Source of the DNA: an uncultured Chloroflexia bacterium
GTDB taxonomy: Bacteria > Chloroflexota > Limnocylindria > Limnocylindrales > CSP1-4
NCBI GenBank assembly: GCA_963746845.1
Contig: CAVVCZ010000009.1
Coordinates: forward strand, 1-64,000
Direction: 5' to 3'
Length of the DNA stretch: 64,000 nucleotides
The notes under the pieces were generated by a model. That model saw nothing but the letters and a program-made list of their open reading frames with translations. It ran no database searches and had not been told where the DNA came from. This document shows, one piece after another, positions 10,095 through 18,460 of the stretch. The position numbers were made by a program, and so were the translations under genes. Each line of letters opens with the position of its first letter. Position 1 is the first letter of the stretch.

Positions 10095-10382
10095 TCGGCC
10101 GGCCGTAGCGCTCCGGTCGGCGAGCGGCACCGCGTCGCTATCAGGCGCTGGACGCATGGAACGACGCTCGGTGGGCGCTCCGTCAGTCGTATCGCGCGCG
10201 TCGCGCCTGAGACGACAGCCGAACGGCGCGAATCCGGGGTGGAAGGCCTCTGCGTCGGCCGTTCGTTCGTCCGTTCAGGCGCCGGGCGCATGAGGCGCGT
10301 TCGGCGACGCACGTCGGAACGAGCCCTCGTCAATCTGACGACTACGATCGCGGGGTCGACCGCCCGCACGAGGATCGGAGCC

Positions 10383-10823
10383 ATGCCCCACAAGATGTCC
10401 GCCGACGAGGCCTGGGCGTTCCTGCGGACCGGCGACATGACCGCGACCTTCGCATCCGTCCGGGCCGATGGGCGGCCGCACGCCGTGCCGACCTGGTACG
10501 CGGTCGATGGCGACGAGATCGTGTTCACGACCTGGCATGGCACGGTCAAGGCCTCGAACATTCGAGCGAGACCCGATGTGGTCGTCGTCGTCCAGGACCC
10601 GAAGCCCCCTTACAACTACGTGTCCGTCGAGGGGGCCGCCCGGCTGCTCGACGACCTTGCGGAGTGTCGACGGATCTCGACGCTGCTCGGCGGCAAGTAC
10701 ATGGGCGAGGATCGGGCCGAGGAGTTCGGAAAGCGCAACGGCGTCGAAGGCGAGCTGGTGGTGCGCGTCCGGCCAACGAAGCTCTTCGGCGAGGCGAACG
10801 TCGCCGGGACGGGCAATTCCTGA
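10383..10823 (+). CDS. PPOX-class (F420-dependent-type) oxidoreductase
   Basis: ASVRADGRPHAVPTWY, KASNIRARPDV, PYNYVSVEG. ATG 10383. Confidence 0.85.
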   Translation: MPHKMSADEAWAFLRTGDMTATFASVRADGRPHAVPTWYAVDGDEIVFTTWHGTVKASNIRARPDVVVVVQDPKPPYNYVSVEGAARLLDDLAECRRISTLLGGKYMGEDRAEEFGKRNGVEGELVVRVRPTKLFGEANVAGTGNS

Positions 10824-10858
10824 CACGGCCGGGCACGATCGTGACGGATGATCGTCGC

Positions 10859-11290
10859 GTGACCGACACCTTCCCGGCCGAGTTCCTCCTCGGCGATTAC
10901 CCGCCGGCGATCCGCGAGACGGGGCTCGCGCTTCGGGACCTGATCCTTCGGACGGTTCCGGGATCCGCCGAGACCGTCAGGCCGGGCTGGCGTTGGATCG
11001 CCTACTCCCTGCCGGACGGCAAGCGCGTCCGGAACTTCGCCTGGATCGGCCCGGAGCGGAAGCACATCCACCTGGGCTTCGAGAACGGGGTGCTCCTCGC
11101 CGATCCAGAAGGGATCCTCCAGGGTCGCCAGGAGCGGCTCAAGAAGTTCCGCTACCTGACGTTCGAGCCGTCGATCGACGTCGACGAGGCGACCCTCCGG
11201 GACTACCTGCGCCGTTCCGCGGACCTGGCGCTCCTGCCGTCGGCCGCGCGCCGCGCGATGGCGGACGACGCGGTCGAGCCCGTCGGGTAG
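10859..11290 (+). CDS. DUF1801-domain protein
   Basis: LRDLILRTVPGSAETVRPGW, HIHLGFENGVLLADPEGILQG pattern. GTG start 10859 inferred. Confidence 0.72.
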   Translation: MTDTFPAEFLLGDYPPAIRETGLALRDLILRTVPGSAETVRPGWRWIAYSLPDGKRVRNFAWIGPERKHIHLGFENGVLLADPEGILQGRQERLKKFRYLTFEPSIDVDEATLRDYLRRSADLALLPSAARRAMADDAVEPVG

Positions 11291-11320
11291 GCCGGGCCCG
11301 ATCCGCCTACCCTTGGTGCC

Positions 11321-12763
11321 ATGCAGGAGATCGCGACGAAGGCCGTGGAGGCCGCCCTGGCCGCCGGCGCGACCTACGCCGACGCGCGGGTCATGGAGAT
11401 CCGGACCGAGGCGATGAGCGCCCGCAACGGCGTCGTCGAGGCGCTCGATCGCGAGGAACGGGCGGGTGTCGGCGTCCGGGCGCTGATCGGCAGCAGCTGG
11501 GGCTTCTTCGCCGTGCCGGACGTGGGCTCCGCGGCCGCCCGACGGGCCGGCGAAGGGGCGGCAGCCGTCGCCCGCGCGTCCACGCTCGTCGCCGGCAAGG
11601 ACCTCGGCCTCGCTCCGGAGCAGCCGGTCACCGGCCACTGGGAGAGCGAGTGTCGCGAGGACCCATGGTCCGTCGGGCTCGCCGAGAAGGGCGACCTCCT
11701 CGAGGGCGTCACGAACACGATGCGCGAGCACGGCGCGGACCTCGCCGAGGCCAGCCACCGGATCTGGGACACGCGCAAGTGGCTGGTGTCCTCGGAGGGC
11801 ACCTGCGTCGACCAGCACATCGTCGAGACGGGTGCCGCGATGAGCGCCACGGCCGTCGGCGAGAGCGAGACGCAGCGGCGGAGCTACCCCGGGATCCGCG
11901 GCCAGTACGGCACGCGCGGCTGGGAGCTCGTCCGGGAGCTGGACCTGCCGGGCAACGCCGCGCGGATCGCGGAGGAGGCGCGGCAGCTCCTGACCGCCGA
12001 CGTCTGCCCCTCCCTCGACGCGACGGACCTGATCCTCGGCAGCGAGCAGATGGCCCTCCAGATCCACGAGTCCGTGGGCCACGCGACGGAGCTGGACCGG
12101 ATCCTCGGCTGGGAGGCGGCGTTCGCGGGAACGTCGTGGCTGGACCTGAAGCAGCTCGGGTCGCTCCGGTTCGGCTCGGAGCTGATGAACATCACCGCCG
12201 ACGCGACGCTGCCCGGCGCGCTCGGCAGCTTCGGCTACGACGACGAGGGCACGCCCGCCCACCCGGTCGACATCGTCAAGGACGGCATCTGGGTCGGCGC
12301 GCTGAGCGGCCGGGACAGCGCCGCGCTCGCCGGCATCGAGCGGTCCGGCGGCGCCGTCCGCGCCGACGGCTTCGACCGGATCCCGATGGTCCGGATGACG
12401 AACGTCGGGCTCCTGCCGGGGTCCGACTCCCTCGACTCGATGATCGGCGCGACCGACGACGGGATCCTGATGGACACGAACCGCTCGTGGTCGATCGACG
12501 ACAAGCGACTGAACTTCCAGTTCGGCTGCGAGATCGGCTGGGAGATCAAGGGCGGCAAGCGCGGCCGGCTGCTGAAGAACCCGACCTACACGGCGATCAG
12601 CCCGCGGTTCTGGGGGTCGATGGACATGCTCGGCGGTCCGGACGAGTGGACATTCTGGGGGACGCCGAACTGCGGCAAGGGCCAGCCGCAGCAGATCGGC
12701 CACACGGGCCATCCCGCCGTACCGGCGCGTTTCCGCGGGATCCGCGTCGGGGTCCGAGGGTAG
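11321..12763 (+). CDS. tldD: TldD/PmbA-family metalloprotease, catalytic subunit
   Basis: GVGVRAL..WGF, HESVGH (HExxxH), GSFGYDDEG, PMVRMTN, NCGKGQP. Confidence 0.92.
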   Translation: MQEIATKAVEAALAAGATYADARVMEIRTEAMSARNGVVEALDREERAGVGVRALIGSSWGFFAVPDVGSAAARRAGEGAAAVARASTLVAGKDLGLAPEQPVTGHWESECREDPWSVGLAEKGDLLEGVTNTMREHGADLAEASHRIWDTRKWLVSSEGTCVDQHIVETGAAMSATAVGESETQRRSYPGIRGQYGTRGWELVRELDLPGNAARIAEEARQLLTADVCPSLDATDLILGSEQMALQIHESVGHATELDRILGWEAAFAGTSWLDLKQLGSLRFGSELMNITADATLPGALGSFGYDDEGTPAHPVDIVKDGIWVGALSGRDSAALAGIERSGGAVRADGFDRIPMVRMTNVGLLPGSDSLDSMIGATDDGILMDTNRSWSIDDKRLNFQFGCEIGWEIKGGKRGRLLKNPTYTAISPRFWGSMDMLGGPDEWTFWGTPNCGKGQPQQIGHTGHPAVPARFRGIRVGVRG

Positions 12764-12768
12764 GGCGA

Positions 12769-14137
12769 ATGACAACGACCGAGCGATCCACTGATCCCAC
12801 GGCCGGCCTCGAGCTGGCCGACCACGTCGTCGACCTGGTCCGCCGTCGGGCCGCCGACGCCGAGGTCGAGGTCAACGTGCGTCAGGGGACCGAGGCGCTG
12901 ACCCGGTTCGCGACCGGGTTCATCCACCAGAACGTCGCCTCGGACATCAACCATGTCCTGATCCGGGTCGCGCTCGACGGCCGGAACGCCTCCACGTCCC
13001 TCGACGGCCCGGCCGACGACGCGACTCTCGGCCGGGCGATCGACGGGGTCCTGGAGGCGGCCCGCGTCCGGCCGGCGGACCCGGAGTGGCCCGGGCTTGC
13101 GTCACCGGCTCCTGCGCCGGACGTCGACCACTGGGACGAGCTCACCGCGGCCGCGACGCCGGACGAGCGAGCGGCGCGGGTGCGTGCGTTCGTGGACGCG
13201 GCGGGCGGGCTCGAGACCGCGGGGTTCTGCTCCACGCTGGCCGTCCGCCTCGCGTTCGCGAACAGCCTCGGCCAGCGGCTCGCCGGTCGCGGGACGGCGG
13301 CGATCGTCGACGGGATCGCCCGGACGCCGACGGCCGACGGCAGCGGCCGGGAGGGCTCGGTCCGGCTCGCCGATCTGGACGGCGCGCGCGTCGGCGGACG
13401 GGCGGCGCGGAAGGCGCGCGACGCCTCGAACCCGACCGACCTCGAGCCGGGCCGGTACGAGGTCGTGCTCGAGCCGGACTGCGTCTCGAACATCCTGTCG
13501 TTCCTGCTGGTCGCCGGGTTCAACGGCAAGGCGGTCGAGGAGGGCCGCTCGTTCGCCCGAGTCGGCGAGGAGCAGTTCGATCGATCCATCCATCTCCGCG
13601 ACGACGTCACGGACCCGGCCACCAGCGGTGTCGGGTTCGACGTCGAGGGCACGCCGAAGCGGCCGTTCGATCTCGTTCGGGACGGCGTCACGACCGCGCT
13701 CCTCCACACGCGCCGGACCGCGAAGCCTGCTGGCGTCCAGAGCACCGGACATGCGGTGGAAGGCGGATCGGCATGGGGCGCGCTCGGCGCGAACCTCGTG
13801 CTGGCGCCGGGCTCGAAGACGACGGACGACCTGGTCGCCGGGATGGAGCGCGGGGTCCTCGTGACCGACTTCTGGTACACGCGGATCCTCGACCCGCGGA
13901 CCCAGGTCGTGACCGGGCTGACCCGCAACGGTGTCTGGCTGGTCGAGGACGGCAAGGTCGATCCGGCCGGTCACGAACCTCCGGTTCACCCAGTCGTTCC
14001 TCGACGCGCTCGGGCCGGGTGCGGTCCGCGGGATCTCCTCGGACCGGGCGCTCCTGCTCGGCGGCTGGGACTCGATCTACCTCGTGCCGAGCCTCCACCT
14101 GGCGAGCTGGAACTTCACGGGCGGCGCAAAGGGCTGA
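12769..14137 (+). CDS. tldE: TldE/PmbA-family partner subunit (one frameshift near 13960)
   Basis: ALTRFA..IHQN, LEPGRYEVVLEP, FDVEGTP, LVTDFWYTR, TGLTRNG. C-terminus (RPVTNLRFTQS..) is in ORF 13931..14137. No HExxxH. Confidence 0.88.
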
Positions 14138-14368
14138 CAACCCTCGACGGACGCTCCGCCCGGGCGCCGGCCACCACCATGTCCATCAGGTGGACCATCC
14201 GACCGAATACCACCGCTTGCCATGGTCGGCGATGGCCCGATTCGCTCGAATGGGCCACCCAGCGGACCAAGAGGACGAGTTGAGGGGTCCACGCGAGTCG
14301 CCGGCGGTCGTTTGGGCGGCTGGGCGGCCAACGTCCCGCGACATCGGCCGGCGCGCCAGAATGGGTTC

Positions 14369-15085
14369 ATGAGCGAGCTCGACTTCGGCCACTTCGACGC
14401 ACTCACGTTCGACTGCTACGGGACCCTGATCGACTGGGAGACCGGGATCGTGACCGGGCTTCGCGCGGCGCTCGGGCCGCACGGTGTGGACGCGCAGGAC
14501 GACGACCTCCTCGAGGCGTTCGCGACCTCGGAGGCGAAGCTCGAGAGCGGGCCCTACCTGCCCTACCGGACGATCCTCGCGATGGCGGCACGATCCGTCG
14601 CCAAGGGGCTGGGCGCCGGGCTGACCGACGACGAGGCGGCCGCGTTCGGCGGGTCGGTCGGTGCCTGGCCCGCGTTCGACGACTCGACGCGGTCCCTGAA
14701 GCAGCTCCGGCGGCGGTTCCAGCTCGGCGTCCTGACGAACTGCGACGACGACCTCTTCGCGGCGTCGAACCGCCGGCTCGGCGTCGACTTCGACTGGGTC
14801 GTCACCGCGCAGCAGGTCGGCTCCTACAAGCCGAACCCCCACAACTTCGAGGCGCTTCGCGAGCGGCTCCACGAGAGCGGCATCGCGTCGGCCCGGATCC
14901 TCCACGTCGCCCAGAGTCTCTTCCACGACCATGCGCCGGCCCAGCGGCTCGGAATCCACTCCGTCTGGATCGATCGCCGCCACGATCGGCCGGGCAGTGG
15001 CGCGACCCCGCCATCGACCGCCCGGCCCGACGCGACGTTCCCGTCGATGGCCGCGTTCGCCGCGGCCGCCGTCCCGGACCGCTGA
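14369..15085 (+). CDS. HAD-family hydrolase (haloacid dehalogenase type II-like)
   Basis: ALTFDCYGTLIDWE, LTNCD, SYKP, LHVAQSLFHDH. Confidence 0.9.
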   Translation: MSELDFGHFDALTFDCYGTLIDWETGIVTGLRAALGPHGVDAQDDDLLEAFATSEAKLESGPYLPYRTILAMAARSVAKGLGAGLTDDEAAAFGGSVGAWPAFDDSTRSLKQLRRRFQLGVLTNCDDDLFAASNRRLGVDFDWVVTAQQVGSYKPNPHNFEALRERLHESGIASARILHVAQSLFHDHAPAQRLGIHSVWIDRRHDRPGSGATPPSTARPDATFPSMAAFAAAAVPDR

Positions 15086-15106
15086 CGCAGCACTCGCGGT
15101 CCCGGC

Positions 15107-15574
15107 TCAGCCGCCTCTCGCGTCGCGGATCTGCGCCGCGTGGTCGTGAGGGTGCGAGGCATAGATCCGGAGCCAACCCTCGACGCTGTACGGACCGGAC
15201 TCCGTGTGCGTCCCCGTCCGGGCCCACTCGTCCGGCGTGAGCGACTCGAGCAGCTGGAGGCTCGACGAGCGGACGGCCCGGAGGACCGCCAGCGACGGCT
15301 CGATCGGCCGGTCGTAGTGGAGGCGCCGGGCCCACACGGGCTCGTCGTAGCCGGAGATCACGGGTTCCTCGTCGGCGACCAGCCGGCGGAGACGCGTGTA
15401 GGACATCGCCTCGCTGTCGGCCAGATGATGGACGACCTGCCGGGCCGTCCATCCGTCGGGCTCGTCCGGGCGTCGGTCGAGCTCGGCGTCCGTGATGCCG
15501 GCGAGCGCCTCGTCGACCTCGGCCGTTCCCGTCCGGTACTTCGTGATCAGCTGGGTTCGTTCGTGTTCGTCCAC
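15107..15574 (-). CDS. DinB/YfiT-family protein
   Basis: WTARQVVHHLADSE, GYDE, HPHDHAAQI metal-binding His set. SD GAGGAGG. Confidence 0.88.
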   Translation of the reverse strand: MDEHERTQLITKYRTGTAEVDEALAGITDAELDRRPDEPDGWTARQVVHHLADSEAMSYTRLRRLVADEEPVISGYDEPVWARRLHYDRPIEPSLAVLRAVRSSSLQLLESLTPDEWARTGTHTESGPYSVEGWLRIYASHPHDHAAQIRDARGG

Positions 15575-15659
15575 GGGTCCTCCTCGGTGACGAGGATCGC
15601 ACGTTCGGCGACGGCAACGGAGCCGCAGTTGCCTCGGCCGGCGCGCGTCGGGCTGCCGC

Positions 15660-16478
15660 TCACCGCACCGGCGGACGGAGGAGGCGGAGCGGGATCACCG
15701 TCCCGAGGTAGACGGCCAGCACGCCAACGGCGACCAGGGCACCGAAGGCGAGCGCCGGCGTCAGGGACGCCCACGGACCCTCCCGGATCGCGTGCCAGAC
15801 GTCGAACGCGATCGCCGCGAGGACGGCGAGGACGATGCCGAACAGCCAGCGGTGTCGGCGCGGGCTGAGCGACGAGCCGTCGAGGAAGCGCTCGAGCGAC
15901 GAGGCGGCACCATCGATCGGGCCGCGGAGGCCCACGGCGCGACCCACCTCCGACACGAGCTCGAGGAGGTCGTCGACGATGTCCGGCTCGAAGGCCGTGG
16001 CCGGGGCGGTCGACGGGGTCGCCGCCCGGGCGGCCCGGATCGTCATGGCGAGGGCCACGGACGCGACGATGACGGAGCCGAGCACGAGGATCGTCAGGAG
16101 GCCCGCTGTCTCGCCGGCACCCGGGCCGAACCCGTTCGCGACGACCGCCTGAACGTCGACGCCCGCCGCGACCAGCACGATCGCCGCGGCGAGACCCGAA
16201 CCCCACCGGATGCGTGACGCGGTCGCCGATGGGAGGACACGCCCCCGATGCCGGAGGCTGCGGACCCACGTGGCGCCGGCGACGACGGGCAGGAAGATCG
16301 CGGCATAGCTCGCGAACGCATCCCAGGGATCGTCACCGAAGGGCGAGACCGCGCGGATCGTGGCGTCCTGGGTGGAGACGAGCCACAGCAGCGCGTAGCA
16401 GACGACGGCGGCCGCGGCGACGTTCGCGGCGTCGCGGGTGGTCCGGGTCGGGTGGTCGGTCGACCGGGAGGACGTCAC
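15660..16478 (-). CDS. Hypothetical integral membrane protein
   Basis: About six hydrophobic segments, motif SPFGDDPWDAFAS. GTGA coupling to the upstream DinB gene. Confidence 0.7.
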   Translation of the reverse strand: MTSSRSTDHPTRTTRDAANVAAAAVVCYALLWLVSTQDATIRAVSPFGDDPWDAFASYAAIFLPVVAGATWVRSLRHRGRVLPSATASRIRWGSGLAAAIVLVAAGVDVQAVVANGFGPGAGETAGLLTILVLGSVIVASVALAMTIRAARAATPSTAPATAFEPDIVDDLLELVSEVGRAVGLRGPIDGAASSLERFLDGSSLSPRRHRWLFGIVLAVLAAIAFDVWHAIREGPWASLTPALAFGALVAVGVLAVYLGTVIPLRLLRPPVR

Positions 16479-16909
16479 GGCTCGAGGCTCGCGAGGTGCT
16501 CGTCGTCGTGATCGGCGGCCTTCGTCATCAGCCCCTCGACGTCGAGGACGCCGAACGTGTCATGCGTCCCCGTCCGGGCCCAGCCATCCCGACCGAGCGC
16601 ATCGAGCATCGCGAGGGTGGACGCGCGGGCCGCCGCATGCGTGGCGAGGACGTCATCAAGGCCGGCGCCCGGGGCACCGAGCCACTGCCCCGGCTCGACC
16701 CAGGCCCAGTGCGGCTGAGCCTCCGTCTCCAGCTGCCGGAGTCGGACGTGCCAGACCTCCTCCTCGACCGCGATCAGGTGCCGGACGATCTCGGTCGGCG
16801 TCCACTCGCCGGGCGCCGGTGGATCCGACGGGGCCGCGCGGGCGGCGGTCGCCAGCGCCGCCGGCAGGGCGGCCAGCCGATCGCGAACGGGCGGATCGAC
16901 GACGGTCAC
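16475..16909 (-). CDS. DinB-family protein
   Basis: GEWTPTEIVRHLIAVE, GTHDTFG, HDDEHL. GTG 16909 overlaps the M20 stop. Confidence 0.8.
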   Translation of the reverse strand: MTVVDPPVRDRLAALPAALATAARAAPSDPPAPGEWTPTEIVRHLIAVEEEVWHVRLRQLETEAQPHWAWVEPGQWLGAPGAGLDDVLATHAAARASTLAMLDALGRDGWARTGTHDTFGVLDVEGLMTKAADHDDEHLASLEP

Positions 16910-18189
16910 GGGCGCATTGTCGGGCGAGACGCAAGTCGCCGCCGGTGGCGGACCGGCACGGCTCGGCTCCCTGCGAGGTGCCGGATCGCGACCCCGGCGT
17001 GGAGGGCGACGCCGATCGGCATCACGTCTTCGTGAAAGACGACACGGTTCGAGTGGAACTGCGGGGCCGTGGCCGGGTCGAGCTCGGGCAGACAGGCGCC
17101 GAGGAAGACCATCGCGCCGGGTACCTGCTGGAGGACGTACGAGAAGTCCTCGGCCCCCATGACGGGGGCGCGGAGCTCGCGGACGCGGTCGGCGCCGACC
17201 AGCTCGGCAGCGATGTCGCGCACGACCTCGGCATAGGCCTCGTCGTTGAGGGTGAGCGGGTAGCCCTCCTCCAGGTCGACCTCGGCGGTGACCCCGTGCG
17301 CGGCCGCGATGCCCTCCGCGAGCCGGCGGATGCCCGTCCGGACCGTCTCCCGGGTCTGCAGGGACACCGTTCGCATCGTCCCGTACAGGAACACGGTCTC
17401 CGGGATGATGTTCATCGTCGTCCCGCCGCTGATCTGGCCGATCGTGATGACCGCCGGGTCGAACGCGTTCACGTTGCGGGCCACGAGCGTCTGGAGGGCG
17501 AGGACGATCTCGGCGGCGACCGGGATCGGATCGTTGGCGAGGTGCGGTGTCGAAGCGTGCCCGCCGCGACCGCGGACCGTGATCCGGATGGTGTCGGTCG
17601 CGGCCATGATCGGACCCGGCCGGAGGTGGACCTCGCCGCTCGGATAGCGGGTCGAGACGTGGATCGCGAAGGCGCCGCTCGGCGGTTCGGCGCCGCCGGC
17701 GGCCGCCGTGGCCAGCAGCCCTTCGTCGAGCATCGTCTTCGCCCCCGCCAGCCCCTCCTCCCCCGGCTGGAACATCAGGACCACCCGTCCGGCCAGGTCG
17801 GCCCGTCGCCCCTGCAGCAGACGGGCGGCGCCGAGCAGCATCGTCACGTGCGTGTCGTGCCCGCAGGCATGCATCACCCCGTCCGTCTCGGACGCGAAGT
17901 CGAGGCCGGTCTCCTCGGTCACGGGCAGGGCGTCCATGTCGGCGCGCAGCAGGACCGTCCGCCCCGAACGGCCGCCGTCGATCACCGCGACGATCGAGCT
18001 GAGCGCCGCCCCGGGCCGCCCCTCGATCCCGAGCCGGGCCAGCTCCTTGAGGACCACCGCCTGCGTCGCCGGCAGGTCGTTGCCGACCTCCGCCCGGCGA
18101 TGGAGCTGGCGGCGGGTCGCGACGAGGTCGGGCTGGATCGCCCGGGCAGCCGCGAGGAGGTCGGCGAGAGCGGCGGCGGTCGTCGTCAT
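16906..18189 (-). CDS. M20D-family amidohydrolase (hippurate hydrolase-like)
   Basis: RRQLHRRAE, LRADMDALP, MHACGHD, FQPGEEG, GGHAS, AEDFS. Confidence 0.92.
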   Translation of the reverse strand: MTTTAAALADLLAAARAIQPDLVATRRQLHRRAEVGNDLPATQAVVLKELARLGIEGRPGAALSSIVAVIDGGRSGRTVLLRADMDALPVTEETGLDFASETDGVMHACGHDTHVTMLLGAARLLQGRRADLAGRVVLMFQPGEEGLAGAKTMLDEGLLATAAAGGAEPPSGAFAIHVSTRYPSGEVHLRPGPIMAATDTIRITVRGRGGHASTPHLANDPIPVAAEIVLALQTLVARNVNAFDPAVITIGQISGGTTMNIIPETVFLYGTMRTVSLQTRETVRTGIRRLAEGIAAAHGVTAEVDLEEGYPLTLNDEAYAEVVRDIAAELVGADRVRELRAPVMGAEDFSYVLQQVPGAMVFLGACLPELDPATAPQFHSNRVVFHEDVMPIGVALHAGVAIRHLAGSRAVPVRHRRRLASRPTMRP

Positions 18190-18460
18190 GGGAGCTCGAG
18201 GATAGCCCGCCACGGGGGGCCGCCGACGGCCGTCGCCGGAGGTACCGGTCAGGTTGGTACCGAACTGTGCCAGCAGGCAACGGAACCGAATCACGGTCCC
18301 GATGGGTGCGCCCCGGACGGGGTGATTCCGGTGCAGTCGCCGGGCCGCCGAAGGTACTGGACGGGACCAGGACCACCCCCGAGACTCCGCCGGGCCGGGG
18401 TCCTGTGAACCGTCATCCGACCACCCCCGGCAAGGGCAATCCAGACCCGGAGGGAAATCG

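Noticed and set aside
5638-13965. Programmed ribosomal frameshifting or pseudogenisation in sufS, sufC, Rrf2 and tldE
   Set aside because: No slippery heptamers or shared context, no other decay, and the breaks cluster by position. Assembly error is the simpler explanation.
11321-14137. TldD/TldE as part of a RiPP cluster
   Set aside because: No precursor peptide, YcaO, radical SAM enzyme or exporter nearby. It looks like the housekeeping pair.
18270-18355. Calling a canonical c-di-GMP-I riboswitch
   Set aside because: The GNRA loop/receptor and GCAAA core are absent. Kept only as a low-confidence structured-leader finding.
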